A stretch of 64,000 bases of DNA from Rebecca billardiae RCC1528. Its lineage: Eukaryota; Protista; Haptophyta. The DNA lies in NCBI GenBank assembly GCA_965240325.2, contig OZ251240.1, forward strand, positions 1,550,001 to 1,614,000, written 5' to 3'. This document shows positions 46,050 through 57,420 of this stretch, piece after piece; the first letter of the stretch is position 1; each line of letters starts with the position of its first letter. Position numbers and translations under genes: made by a program. The notes under the pieces are model-generated. The model ran no database searches, was not told where the DNA came from, and worked only from the letters and a program-made list of their open reading frames with translations.

Positions 46050-46333
46050 CGCGCCAGCCTCGAGCGCGCTTCGACCCCGCGGCCGCGCCGATGCCCAAAC
46101 GTGCGCGCCGAATACGCGCGCGTGCCCGTCGTCGTCAGCCGTGGGGCTGGCTGGCTGGCTGGCTGGCTGGGAAGATGCGCAGCAGCCTGATTCATCATGC
46201 GCACACCCCCCACCGGAAATCGTCGGCACCGTGCGCTGAAGCCAGCGGAAATCTCGGCGCGCGCGGCCGGACTCGGTCGTCCGTCCGAGGCCGAAGCCCG
46301 GACAAAGGCCGCCAGCAGCAGACAACAGCGCGC

Positions 46334-48085
46334 ATGGCGGCCGCGGTGGCACGTCGCTGCTGGCGCGCCCTCGCGCACCCCGCCGCGGGGTGCGGCCGAC
46401 GAGCCGCGCTCTCGGGCGTGGGCGGCACGCACCGAGCCCTCGCGTCGCCGCCGAACGCCTCGCCCGCCGCCGCCGCCGAGCGCGGCGCCGAGCCGGCCGC
46501 GCCGCTCCCGCCGCCCGTCGCCGCGCGCGGGCCTGCGGGCTGGGCGGACGTGCTCGCCGCGCGGCTCGCGGCGGTGGCGCACGACGACACCGCCGCGGCC
46601 GACGCGGCGCGCGCGGACACGCGCCGCGACGCCGCCGCCGCCGGCCACGCCGACGCGCCCGCGCTGCACTCCGCGCTGATCCGCTCGCTCGTGCGCGAGC
46701 AAAGGCCCGAGGCGGCGTGGGCGGCGTTCGACGCGGCGCGGCGCGAGGGCGTGCGGCACGACGCGCGCGCGCACACCGCGCTCGTGCAGGCGTGCGCGCT
46801 CACCGACGAGGTGGAGAAGGCGGAGAACATTCTCAACGCGATGCAGGCGGACGGCCTGTGGCCGCCGCCGCCCGTCGCGTGCGCGCCGCGCGCGCCGCGC
46901 GCGCGCCGCGCGCGCCGCCGCGACTCCGCCTCGGCCGCTCTGCTCACGCGCCCGCGCGCGCGCCGCGCCCCGCGCCGCGCCAGCTACGACAACCTGCTCT
47001 TCTGCTACGCCGCGCGCGCGGCCTCGCTCGGCGCGCTGCCCGCCGAGCGCAAGCGCGAGCTGCGTCGACTTTGCATCCCGACGGAACCCGAGTCGGTGGT
47101 GGAGCGCGCGCTGGGCGTGCTGCGGCGGATGCGCGCGGAGGGGCTGCACGCGAGCCCGACCACGCACCTCGCGCTCCTCCGCGTGCTCGCCGCCGCCGCC
47201 CAGCCGCGCCGCGCGCAGGCCGTGCTCCTCTGCCTGCTGCAGGCGCGCGCGCCGCTCGGCGAGGCGCACTTTGCGTGCGCGATCGACGCGTGCGGCCGCG
47301 CGGCGCGCCCGGGGCAGCCGGGCTCGGAGGAGCTGCTGGCGCAGGCGCGCGGCATCCTCGACGCGATCCCGCTCGCGCTCGGCGTGCCCGCGCCCGGCGT
47401 GCGCGCCGTGCGCGCCGTGCTGCGCGCGTACGCCACCGCGCTCCGGCTGCACCGCGCGCGCCAGTGGCTCTACTCAGGTGGGTATTCGGAGTACGGGCTG
47501 ACGCCGAGCGCGGAGTGCTACGCGGTGCTCGTGCGCATGTGCCGCGAGGCGGTGCGGCCCGACCTCGCGCTCGAGGTGCTCGCGCACGCCCGCGCCGCCG
47601 GCGTGCCCCTCTGCCCGCCCGGCGGCGGCGCGCTCGCCGCCGAGGTCGGCCGCGGCCTCCGCGCCGACCTGGCCGCGCTCGGCGCGCGCTGGGCGCTCGG
47701 CAGCGAGCTCGGCCCGGACGGCGCGGCGCGCTCGTTCGCCGCGGCGCGCGCGCTGCTGCGGCTGGGCGAGGAGGCGGCGCGCCACCCCGGGCTCGACGCC
47801 GCCGCGCGCAGCCTCGCCGACGCCGCCGCGCGCGCCGAGCGCGCCGCGCTCGCGCCCGGCGCGGCGGGCGCGGGCCGCGCGCAGCTGCTCGGCGCCGACG
47901 TCGACACGGTCGGCGGCTCGGCGCGCTCGCGGCGCTGGCTCGCGCGCGAGCTGGGCGCGGGCGGCGGCGGCGCGGAGGGCGAGCCGGGCGGGCTCGCGCC
48001 GGCGCGGCAGCCGCGCGCGCCCGAGCGGGGTGGCGGCGGCGGCGGCGGCCGCGGCGCCAGCAGCGTCGGCGGCGCCGATCGATGA
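46334..48085 (+). CDS. Pentatricopeptide repeat (PPR) protein, probably mitochondrial (in-frame intron 46879-46983)
   Basis: PPR-like helices (HTALVQACALTDEVEKAENILNAMQADG; YAVLVRMC; FACAIDAC); Arg-rich N-terminal leader; removing the intron restores PPVAYDNLLFCYA. Confidence 0.82.
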   Translation: MAAAVARRCWRALAHPAAGCGRRAALSGVGGTHRALASPPNASPAAAAERGAEPAAPLPPPVAARGPAGWADVLAARLAAVAHDDTAAADAARADTRRDAAAAGHADAPALHSALIRSLVREQRPEAAWAAFDAARREGVRHDARAHTALVQACALTDEVEKAENILNAMQADGLWPPPPVACAPRAPRARRARRRDSASAALLTRPRARRAPRRASYDNLLFCYAARAASLGALPAERKRELRRLCIPTEPESVVERALGVLRRMRAEGLHASPTTHLALLRVLAAAAQPRRAQAVLLCLLQARAPLGEAHFACAIDACGRAARPGQPGSEELLAQARGILDAIPLALGVPAPGVRAVRAVLRAYATALRLHRARQWLYSGGYSEYGLTPSAECYAVLVRMCREAVRPDLALEVLAHARAAGVPLCPPGGGALAAEVGRGLRADLAALGARWALGSELGPDGAARSFAAARALLRLGEEAARHPGLDAAARSLADAAARAERAALAPGAAGAGRAQLLGADVDTVGGSARSRRWLARELGAGGGGAEGEPGGLAPARQPRAPERGGGGGGGRGASSVGGADR

Positions 48086-48491
48086 CGATGACAAGCGGCG
48101 GCGGCGGCGCTTCTGCCGGCTGCGGCCGACGTACGCAGCGCGTCACGACTCTCACTCACCACTGTCTAGATCTAGCAGTGCCACTACTAGTAATACTGTG
48201 CGGCACCGTACATACAGCGCAGCCCATGCATACTATGATACGCCATCAATACGGCTGACGATACAGTCTGATACTTGGGACGGTCGGCCCAGTGGCCGCC
48301 AGCGACCGTTTCGATCATATCGGTCCTTCACCTAAGTTGTCCCGACGAGCTGCTGCCGCGCCGTGCTCACCGGCCAAGGACTGCCAGTGGCCGACCGGTA
48401 CAAAAGCGATGACTCGCCGGGCTGCGCCAAACCCACAGGGCCCTTCCGCTTACAATATTGGCCAACCGTCGTCGCGTCGGCCAGGACCGCG

Positions 48492-49919
48492 ATGACCTCG
48501 ATCGCGATGATGATGCCACTACCGGCGTCCGCGCGGCAGCTGACCGACCTGCCGCCCGAGCTCGTCGCGCGCATCCTCGCCCACCTCGATGGCACGCGTG
48601 ACCTCGCCGCCGCCAACGCCGCCGCTCGCCTCTTCCGCGGCGCGCTCGAGCACGCGCTGCGCGAGCGCGCGCGCGCGCGCGGCGGGCACGAGGCCGCGCT
48701 GCCGGCGAGGCTGCCCGGCGGCGCGTCCACGTGGGCGGAGGAGCTGCTCGCGCGGGAGCGTGTGCTCGAGCTCGCCCACGCCCACGCGCACGTCGTGGCT
48801 GTCGCCGCAGACCCTATGGTGGTGACTACTTGCAGCGCGTTTGTCGACGCGGATGGCGGCGTGCACACGTGCGGCGCACCGCTGGGCCATCCCGAGCTCA
48901 GCATGGAGGCGCGCGTGCGCGCGCCGACGCGCGTGGGCTCACTGGAGGCGGTGCGCGTGTGCGCAGTGGCTGCCGGCCACTACCACCTGCTCGCGCTGAG
49001 CGAGTCGGGCGCCGTGTACGCGTGCGGCAAAAACAGCTTTGGCCAGCTGGGCGTGGGCGACACGGCTGAGCGACGGGCGTTCGTGCAGGTGGTGGCGCTG
49101 GGTGCGGAGCTCGTCGTCGGCATTTGCGCCGGCGACGGGCGCAGCCTCGCGCTCACGACTGCTGGCGTGGCGTACAGCTGGGGCCATAACGAATACGGCA
49201 AGCTCGGCCACGGCGACACGGAGCACCGGCTGGAGCCGACGCGCATCGGGGCGCTGGACGGCGTGCGCGTGGGCGGTGTGTCCGCGGGCGGTATGCACAC
49301 GCTGCTGCTCTCGGCGTGCGGCGCCGTGTACTCGTGCGGCTGGGGCAACTATGGCCAGCTCGGCCACGGTGGCCAGCAGGATCAGCACACGCCGAGGCGC
49401 ATCGAGGCGCTCGCTGGCGTGCGCGCCGTGCATGTGAGCGCTGGCAGTGTGCACAGCCTGGTGGCGGACGCAGCGGGCGGCGTGCACTCCTTCGGAGGCG
49501 GTCATTTGGGCGTGCTCGGCCACGGCGACGAGGTGAGTCGCCGTATGCCCACGCGCATCGAAGCGCTGGCTGGTGTGCGTGCCGTGCGCGCCCGCGCGGG
49601 CGGTTGCACCAGCGCGGTGGTGTGCGCGGACGGCAGCGTGCACACGTTTGGGTTCAACGACTACGGCCAGCTGGGGCTGGGGGACCGAGTGCATCGCACG
49701 CTGCCCGAGCGGGTGGAGGGGCTCGTGCATGCGCGCGTGGTCGACTGCTCGCTTGGCGATGCCCACACCTTCTACGTCACCGCGGACGGCGGCGTGCACG
49801 CGTGCGGCAGGCGTTCGTGCGCGCTCGGCCTGGGCGTGGGCGACGATGGCGGACCGCAGCCAACGCCGCAGCAGGTGGTGCAGCTGCCGCCCCTGATGCG
49901 GCGCTGTGGGCTGCGCTGA
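48492..49919 (+). CDS. F-box + RCC1-repeat (UVR8/HERC-like beta-propeller) protein
   Basis: LTDLPPELVARILAHL F-box; repeated AGxxHxL...G.VYSWG.N.YGQLGHG units. Confidence 0.93.
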   Translation: MTSIAMMMPLPASARQLTDLPPELVARILAHLDGTRDLAAANAAARLFRGALEHALRERARARGGHEAALPARLPGGASTWAEELLARERVLELAHAHAHVVAVAADPMVVTTCSAFVDADGGVHTCGAPLGHPELSMEARVRAPTRVGSLEAVRVCAVAAGHYHLLALSESGAVYACGKNSFGQLGVGDTAERRAFVQVVALGAELVVGICAGDGRSLALTTAGVAYSWGHNEYGKLGHGDTEHRLEPTRIGALDGVRVGGVSAGGMHTLLLSACGAVYSCGWGNYGQLGHGGQQDQHTPRRIEALAGVRAVHVSAGSVHSLVADAAGGVHSFGGGHLGVLGHGDEVSRRMPTRIEALAGVRAVRARAGGCTSAVVCADGSVHTFGFNDYGQLGLGDRVHRTLPERVEGLVHARVVDCSLGDAHTFYVTADGGVHACGRRSCALGLGVGDDGGPQPTPQQVVQLPPLMRRCGLR

Positions 49920-49937
49920 GCGCGCCGCCAGTGGTGG

Positions 49938-50228
49938 GTGCACGCGCGCGCCCGCGCCGCCGGTGTGCGCCTCTGCCCGCCCGGCGGCGGCGCGCTCGCC
50001 GCCGAGGTCGGCCGCGGCCTGCGCGCCGACCTGGCCGCGCTCGGCGCGCGCTCGGCGCTCGGCAGCGAGCTCGGCCCGGACGGCGCGGCGCGCTCGTTCG
50101 CCGCGGCGCGCGCGCTGCTGCGGCTGGGCGAGGAGGCGGCGCGCCACCCCGGGCTCGACGCCGCCGCGCGCAGCCTCGCCGACGCCGCCGCGCGCGCCGA
50201 GCGCGCCGCGCTCGCGCCCGCGCCCGGC
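49938..50228 (+). pseudogene. Duplicated ~290-bp fragment of the PPR gene (copy of 47576-47860)
   Basis: Near-identical direct repeat (LCPPGGGALAAEVGRGLRADLAALGAR...AERAALAP) starting about 20 bp after the RCC1 stop codon. Confidence 0.92.
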
Positions 50229-51005
50229 GCAGACCGCGGTCGTAACTTTTGATGCATCATTAGGCGGTGGTATGGCGGGCCGTAGGTCCGCCCCTTGTAG
50301 TGCCCGGGAAAAAGATAAGAAAAAGAAAAATAAAAAAGAAAATCGCCTCGCAAAGAAAAGAAAATCGCCTCGCTCACTGCCGGGTCGCTTCGCTCACTAC
50401 CGGGCGCCCTCGCAGCTCCCACTGGGGACGCTCGGCCGAAAAAGAGTTGCGTCATGGCGCGGAGCGCATGGGCGGCGCGCGCCAAATCCAACGCCGGCGC
50501 GGACATCGTGAGAGGACTCCCGAGGGGGGTTTTCGCCCGATTTGCGATTGCTGCCCTCGTCGTCTCGCGTGCAGGTCGAACGGGGGCGAAATCGACGCGT
50601 TTGGAGCGGTACGCTCGGCGCGTCGACACGATCGTGCGACCTGGGGCGGTCCTCGCCTGACTTGCACGTCGAGCGCTCGCACCGGCCATAGTAGCAAGCG
50701 CTGCGCATGACAGCCACCTCGCGTGATCCACCGTCGCGCGTCGGGCTCGGTGCGAGAAACCCCTCATCACGAGGCGTCTCGCGGGCGGGAAGCGCCATCG
50801 CACGCGACGCAAGATTTGGCGCGGCCTTCTGAACTCGATCGCCGGAATCCGCGCACCGGACTGTCGCGTGCCACAACTTCTCAAGGAACGGGCGCATGCA
50901 AATCCGTTTGCGTACAAGACCCGGTAGCGATCATCTTTCGCGATCGCGGCCAAAGATCGCTCGGCGCTCGCGGTCCCTCTAGCCGAAAACCCACGTCCGG
51001 CCTGC

Positions 51006-51548
51006 ATGGCGTCGACGGTGGCCAATGCGACGGAGGCGCAGCGCAAAGCGGCGTACGAGGCGCACCGCACGCACCTGCTGGGTCTGCCGCCGTGGCAGGA
51101 ATTGCGTCTTCGCGAGTCGACGACTGAGGCGACAGCGCGATACAACCGTTCCAGGGCGCTCACTCGCAAAGAGATGCAACGTCGCGCGTGCAAGATCGCC
51201 GCGCCATCCTCCACCATGGCACGGGCGCTGCGGGACGAGGCCGACGTCGTGAAGCCAGTGGCACATGCGCTGCGCTTCATGTGCCTGCTCGAGCAGCTCG
51301 TGCCCACCCTCGATCGCGAGTGGCACACGCTCTCGCACTGCGCGCGCGCGCACCACCGAGAGCTCCTGATACCGCCGAACGTGCGAGTGCCGGACCTGGC
51401 GCGCGGAGCGGCGAGCGCCGACGAGCGCTTGGACCTGGACGCGCTGTTGCGCAGCGTGGCGGCCGTGCACGACGCCGACGCGACCTTCGCCGAGCCCATC
51501 GTGCCCGGAGCGGACATTGGCATCCTGGCGACACACGATCTCAGCTAA
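51006..51548 (+). CDS. Hypothetical protein, 180 aa
   Basis: ATG-started ORF with ordinary amino-acid composition, followed by AT-richer DNA; no motif recognised. Confidence 0.45.
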   Translation: MASTVANATEAQRKAAYEAHRTHLLGLPPWQELRLRESTTEATARYNRSRALTRKEMQRRACKIAAPSSTMARALRDEADVVKPVAHALRFMCLLEQLVPTLDREWHTLSHCARAHHRELLIPPNVRVPDLARGAASADERLDLDALLRSVAAVHDADATFAEPIVPGADIGILATHDLS

Positions 51549-52162
51549 ATCAACATAGAGAGACAGAGAGACAGAGAGACAGAATTCGGTAGGATGCACT
51601 AACTTCCAGACGACCTGAACAAATGAATCATGACATCACACTCCGCCACAACTTGAACTGTTTTCGTGTTTAGCTCCGAGAACAAACCGTCACCGTCAGG
51701 CGTACACGAGCACGCCGCCGTCGCACGGCAAGGCCGAGTTGGCAGTGCGTGCGCGCAGTCGAAGGCTCGGCACGATGACGAGTAGCGCAGTGGGTGCACG
51801 AATACACGCGCAATCACACTGTCGGCGAGCTCGCACCAGAGTCATCTGTCGCGTTATTATTCGTATCAGTGCCGTCGGGTAGCTCACCATCATCTGTATG
51901 TCGCATTGTTATTATTCGTCATCCTGCCCGTCAATCCGCTAAAAGACGCGAACCCGCTGGGGAAATATTGCGACAGCACTGGCACGGCCCGCCGACCCCC
52001 CGCCCGCCAGGGCAGAGTTTTATTTTTGTAAGCCCCTTGTCATTAGTCCATCGTCACGCCGAAGATTCCCGCCCTGCACGCTGTGACTGTGTGCGTCTCT
52101 TGTTCATCTCAGTAATAGACTGCTGTACATCATCATGCATGCAGCGCATATATAGTACTTAT

Positions 52163-53180
52163 TCTGGTGAACACAGCTTTAAACAATTTTAATTCGTGAG
52201 AAAGCCCTGGGAGACCCAGCTCCGACCCCCTTTAATTGTGTGTGACGTACTGATGGGGAGAGTAATACCGGAGTAGGAATACGAAGAATGGGGCCTCAAA
52301 CGTTTTTTGATTAGGCACGCCTCGGGAATCGAGAACGCACTTGGTTAATTTTTGCGCCAATTAGGGCACGCCTCGGGAATCGAAGCGCATGTGGTTAATT
52401 TTTGCGCGCGCCGCATAGAGATGTCGTTGCGATTCCCACAAATCTGGCGGCGATCTTAGCGGTACCCCCTTCTTACCCAGTTCATACCGCCTATACAATA
52501 CGGTAACGGTACGGACCTGGCGCGCCTCGCCGTGCACCCGCACGAGGCCACGCCCCCCGGCGCGCGCGCGCCCGCGGCCTCGCACCCAAACTGCGAGACG
52601 CCGGCAGCGCTCGACGCGTGCCTCGCGCAGCGCGGCTGGCGAGCACGCTGAACGGCGTGGACGAGGCGCGCAACGCGGAGCGCCGCGAGGGTCACGCCGC
52701 GCGTCGAGCCGAACCGCGCGCGGCGCGCGAGGCCGCCGCGACCGACGCGGTCGCGCGCCATCTGGGCGTCCGGCGGCAGCAGCGCGCACGACGTGCGGAC
52801 TGCAGTTGCTGCACGACTACCACGCGTCGATGGCCGACGCGCGCACGCACGGCGTGATCGGTGCGTGCCGTTGCCGTGCCGCCGTGCCCGAGCGGCCGTG
52901 CGCAGCGACGACTGCATCGACTGCATCGACGCGCGCCTCGCTGGCGCCTCGGTGGGCCTTGCAGAACTGGGAGAGCCACGCTGCCGCACCTGGCTAATGG
53001 CTAAATCGCACACGCGACGCGCGAAGACGCGGCAGCTTGGATGATACCGTTAGTCAGCGCTGAACGGCCAACTCGTCTCATCGTCGTCGGGTCTGCCGGC
53101 CCTGGCAAGCTTCTCCGTCGCGTCCTAGACGCGCTGTGTTCGACCAGCCCCACCGGGAAAAGGCCGCTAGGCCCCCGCTG
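52163..53180 (+). mobile_element. Helitron2/Helentron-like non-autonomous element family A, copy 1
   Basis: 5' TCTGGTGAACACAGC is matched by subterminal inverted GCTGTGTTCGACCAG (53133-53147), then a GC hairpin; inserted in a T run with no TSD; ends shared with 57421-58673; ~50-bp tandem duplication at ~52311-52410. Confidence 0.7.
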
Positions 53181-53552
53181 TTTTTCGGTATGATGATGAT
53201 TCGGCATCATGCGGGTGAGTGGTCTCATCAGTCTGTGGTACGGTACTAGTGTAGTTAGTACTCTGAGTAGTATCCGCCTATATCCGGACGCCAATCCGAA
53301 CTGTCACCATCAATTGCTCATTTATTTATCATTTGCCGGACCCAGTGGCGATGAACGAGGCTTGCTTCGTCAAGACAAGTCAGGGCTAAACTTTACTCAA
53401 TACTGGCGACGAGTGGCGGAGCCGCGCTGATGATCAGTACTAGTAGCAGTGAACTGCACAGGCGCGGCGCCGCTTATATCCCGCCCCGCAGAGTCGGATT
53501 GATGACCGCCCGATCACGGTTAACCGCGGATCCTGAGCGTGTGTCTGCTGTG

Positions 53553-55648
53553 ATGCCGACGTCCCGACCGCCCGCGTCGCTCACCGCCTTGGTCCTGGCG
53601 CTGCTCGCAGCGTGCCTCGCGGTCCCGGCCGCCTGCTTCGAGTTCGCCATGGGCGGCTGCGGCGGCCCCGCGTGCGCCATCCTCGGCACGGGCGAGACCA
53701 AGTGCTGGGGGACAGGCACGTACGGACGGCACGGCCTCGAGGACACCGAGAACCGCGGCGGCCAGCCCGGCGAGATGGGCAACAACCTGACGGCGGTCGA
53801 CCTGGGCACGGGGCGCACGGTGAAGCAGCTCTACTCGACGATGGAGGAGAGCGCCTGCGCGCTCCTCGACAACGGCGACTTCAAGTGCTGGGGCAGTGCG
53901 AGGAACGGCCGCCTCGGGACCGGCGACACCGTCGACCGAGGCGACGTCAATGGCACGATGGGCGACAGGCTGCCGGCCATCGAGCTGCCGTCCGGCACGG
54001 CCGTCGTGAAGGCGGCCGTCGGCGAGAAGGCGCGGTGCCTCCTCCTCGACGACACCACCACCCGATGCTTCGGCTATGCGAAGTGGCTCGGCCTCGGCCT
54101 GGCCTCCGCAACCACGCAGAGCGTCGGCGACGACCCGCGCGAGATGGGCAACAACCTGACGGCCATCGACTTTGGGGCGGGGCGATACGCCGTGGACATC
54201 TACGCCGGCACGGCTGCGTTCTGCGCCATCCTCGACGACCGGTCCCTCAAGTGCTGGGGCGACAACCCGAAAGGCAATCTCGGCTACGACGATCGCAACG
54301 ACCGCGGCGCGGACGTGAGACCAGGGTGCGCCACCTGCCATCTCATGGGCGACACGCTCCCGGCCGTCAACCTGGGCAGGAACTGGACGGTGAAGAGGAT
54401 GGAGCTCTCCCAGGTGCACACCTGCGCGATCCTCGACAACGGCGGTCTCAAGTGCTGGGGGGAGGGCTGCGACGGCGGGCTCGGCTACGAAGACGGCCAA
54501 GATCGCGGCGACGGGTGGGACGGCGACTTCATGGGCGACAGGCTGCCCTTCGTCGACCTGGGCAAGAACAGGACGGCCGTCGCGCTGAGCCTCGCGGCGC
54601 CCTCCTGTGGCACGACGTGCGTGCTGCGCGACGACGGCTCGTACGTGTGCTGGGGCGACAACACGTACGGCATTCTCATGACTGGCGACACCAAGGAACG
54701 CGGCGACGAGCCGGGGCACATGGGCGACGCCCTCCAGCCCATCTACCTGGGCAGGCACCCGTCCGACCCGAGCGGGCGCAACCGGACGGTCTGCAAGTTC
54801 GAGATGGGCGAGGAGACCAACTGCGTGCTCATCGACGACTGCACCTTCGCGTGCGTCGGCGGCTGGGAGCACCTCGCCCAGGGCGACCAGGTGAACCGCG
54901 GCGGCGTGCCGGGCGAGCTCGGCGACGGCCTGCTGCCCATCGACCTGGGCGACGGCGCCCTCAGCAAGTGCCGATCGGGTGAGGATCTGTGCTTCCTGCA
55001 GGCGTTCCAGGACTCACCGCCACCGTCCCCGCCGAGCCCGCCGCCGGACCCGCCGGGCCCACCGCCCTCGCCGCCGCCGCAGCCGCCGCCGAGCCCGCCG
55101 CCGAGCGCGCCGCCGTCGCAGCCGCCGCCGAGCCCGCCGTGGAGCCCACCGCCGCCCAGCTCGCCGCCGCCCAGCCCGCCGCCCAGCCCGCCGCCCAGCC
55201 CGCCGCTGCCGCCGTCGCCGCCGCCGAGCCCGCCGCCGCCACTGGAGCCACTGCCGCCGCCGTCCCCGCCGCCGCTGCCGCCGCCCACGCCGCCGCCGAG
55301 CCCGCCGCCGCCGCCGCCGCCGAGCCCGCCGCCCGCGCCGCCGCCGAGCCCGCCGCCAGCGCCGCCGCCGCTGCCGCCGCCGCCGCCGCCACCGTCGCCG
55401 CCGCCGCCATTCGCATGCGGGTCGATGTGCTTCTTCACGGTGCGCGCCACCGCCGCGCGCCACCGCGCGCCCTCGTGCCCGCCGCCTGCTCTGCGCAGTC
55501 CGCCGCTATGCTCTGCTGCACTGCGCGCAACTCTGCGCGAGCTGCGCGCGAGGTGCGCCTACATCACCTCCCGCGCGGCGTGTGTGTGCGCCCGCAGGTG
55601 CTCGCCTCCCTGTACAGGGTGGGGTGCGGCATCCTAGGCCTGTGCTGA
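53553..55648 (+). CDS. Secreted RCC1-like (KCWG-type) repeat protein with extensin-like SP(n) stalk (intron 55440-55597)
   Basis: Signal peptide LTALVLALLAACLAVPAA; repeats C.ILD....KCWG....G.LG..D..DRG...MGD.LP.VDLG; PPSPPP tract; GTGCGC...CCGCAG intron gives the C-terminus FFTVLASLYRVGCGILGLC. Confidence 0.88.
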
Positions 55649-55763
55649 CGGTATGTCTGATGCGCGGGTACCGCGCCGCGGAATCGTCGATCATCAGAAC
55701 TATAGTTAGCGCACGCGCGCGGGTTCCTGTCGACACAGGTCAATATGACGACGGTCCGCCCGC

Positions 55764-55768
<5 letters not shown>

Positions 55769-55829
<61 letters not shown>

Positions 55830-55842
55830 CATATACATATAT
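55769..55842. repeat. (TA)n microsatellite, imperfect
   Basis: TA run with a few CA interruptions. Confidence 0.97.
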
Positions 55843-56093
55843 TATTACCTGACGAGCAGAGCAGAATGGGGGGTCGGCACCTGGTCGTCGCCGCGTCGAT
55901 CATCTGATGACTGGCCGACTTAGTACGTATGTCTGCTGATGACGATAGACCTAGCTAGCGGCGCCCGGCGAGGGCGCCGGCCAGAGCCTTGAGCCGCGCA
56001 GTGCCACTGCGACTGACTCTCCCGTCTCCTGCCCGGCCGGGACTCAGGCCGGGCGCCCGGCCGTGCGCACCGCGGTCGACCCGGACTGCTTTA

Positions 56094-56617
56094 CAGGCAA
56101 TCGCGGGCAATAAGGAGCTGTCACGTTAAGAAACTGGGGCTTGCTATCTGCGGATCTGGCCTAGAAACTGAGACTAGCGATTGGCTGGTTCGCTATACGC
56201 ATAGTCACACTAAGAACCCGGGACTACGTCGTCCAGGCTGACGAGTGGTCCGCCGAGGGCGAGGCGCAGTCGGCCCGTCGGGGACGCGGCGCGCGGCCCG
56301 ACTACGAGTACAGGCCAAGTAGTCCCGACTTCTCCTGATGACTGACTCCTGGCGGCCAGTGCACCGCAGCATCATCCAGCATGCAACATCATGCCAGATT
56401 TGCTCCAAAAAGGCCCAAAACTTTCTTCGGCCTCGCCGGCCGGGCCTAAAGACTCAGCGGGGGGCTCTGCCCCCCTGCGCCCCCCGCGCCTGCGCGACAG
56501 GCGTACCTAGCTAAGAAACTGAGACTCCATAGGCGCTCAGGCTATACCGAACAGCTAAGAAACCGAGGCTAGCCGTGAGTAGATCTCTGCGGACTTCTTA
56601 TTGCCCGCGATTGCCTG
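56094..56617. mobile_element. MITE family E, copy 2
   Basis: 21-bp TIR CAGGCAATCGCGGGCAATAAG...CTTATTGCCCGCGATTGCCTG; TA on the left, TC on the right; same orientation as 10488-11045. Confidence 0.9.
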
Positions 56618-56662
56618 TCGTAGTAGCTTGATGATGCCGGACTCGGCGCTGCTGACGATATA

Positions 56663-57419
56663 CAATCCCCTCAACAATTGCTTACCCTTGTGTTTGGCTG
56701 TCTACTATACCAGCTCAGTCACTGTTTGAGGCCCACTGCTGCATGCTATCTGTTACTGCACCTATAGCCCTCACAGACCAGGTGGGTATGAGCTGGGCGG
56801 GTGTGTGGGCTGAGTCAGTCAGATAAATTGAATGCAGGTGCACAACCGGCTGACGGGTGCTGCGCGGGGGTGCTGGACCACCACGAGGGCAGGCAGGGAT
56901 GGAAATTCACCCCCTGAGCAGGCTGTGGGCTGGCTGGCTGGGAGTGTAGCAGCTGTATAGTGGGCCCTGGCGCTGCAGCTGGATGGCCTTTGATACTGCC
57001 TAGCAGCCAGCCTAGCAGCACAGCCTGGCGTGAGCAGTGCTGTTTCAGTGCGCAGGCCACGTCTCTGCGGGTGGTGGTCGGGGAATGGCCACCACAGTGC
57101 ACCAGATGCACCTAGCCTGCCAGCGGCCCACCTGCTGATTGGGTATGCCCTGTAGCACAGCACACGAGGCTCCGCCGAAAATCAGCGGCGCGCTGTGCTA
57201 CAAGCTGGGCTGAAAGGGGTGTGGGAGCCAGTCGAGAGCCTGTCGGCCACTGTCACGTCCGAGCTGGCCGGCTTCACGTGCTGCCCAGAGGAGTCCTCCA
57301 ATTGTCACTCACCCGGCTGAAGTCATGATGGGTGGGTGCAGCTCGACCGAATGGAGAGTGCTGGGGCCGCAGGTGCCCGTCATGCAAGCCTATAGGGTAA
57401 TTTATTGTTGAGAGGACTG
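56663..57419 (-). mobile_element. MITE family D, copy 1 (Tc1/mariner-type)
   Basis: Imperfect TIRs CAATCCCCTCAACAATTGCTTACCCT / AGGGTAATTTATTGTTGAGAGGACTG; near-identical reverse complement of 59580-60385. Confidence 0.9.
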
Positions 57420-57420
57420 T

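Noticed and set aside
48492-49919. UVR8 photoreceptor
   Set aside because: Lacks the GWRHT tryptophan triad motifs and has an F-box; a generic RCC1 propeller.
49938-50252. Independent 104-aa gene
   Set aside because: It is a duplicated PPR exon fragment with a GTG start directly behind another gene's stop codon.
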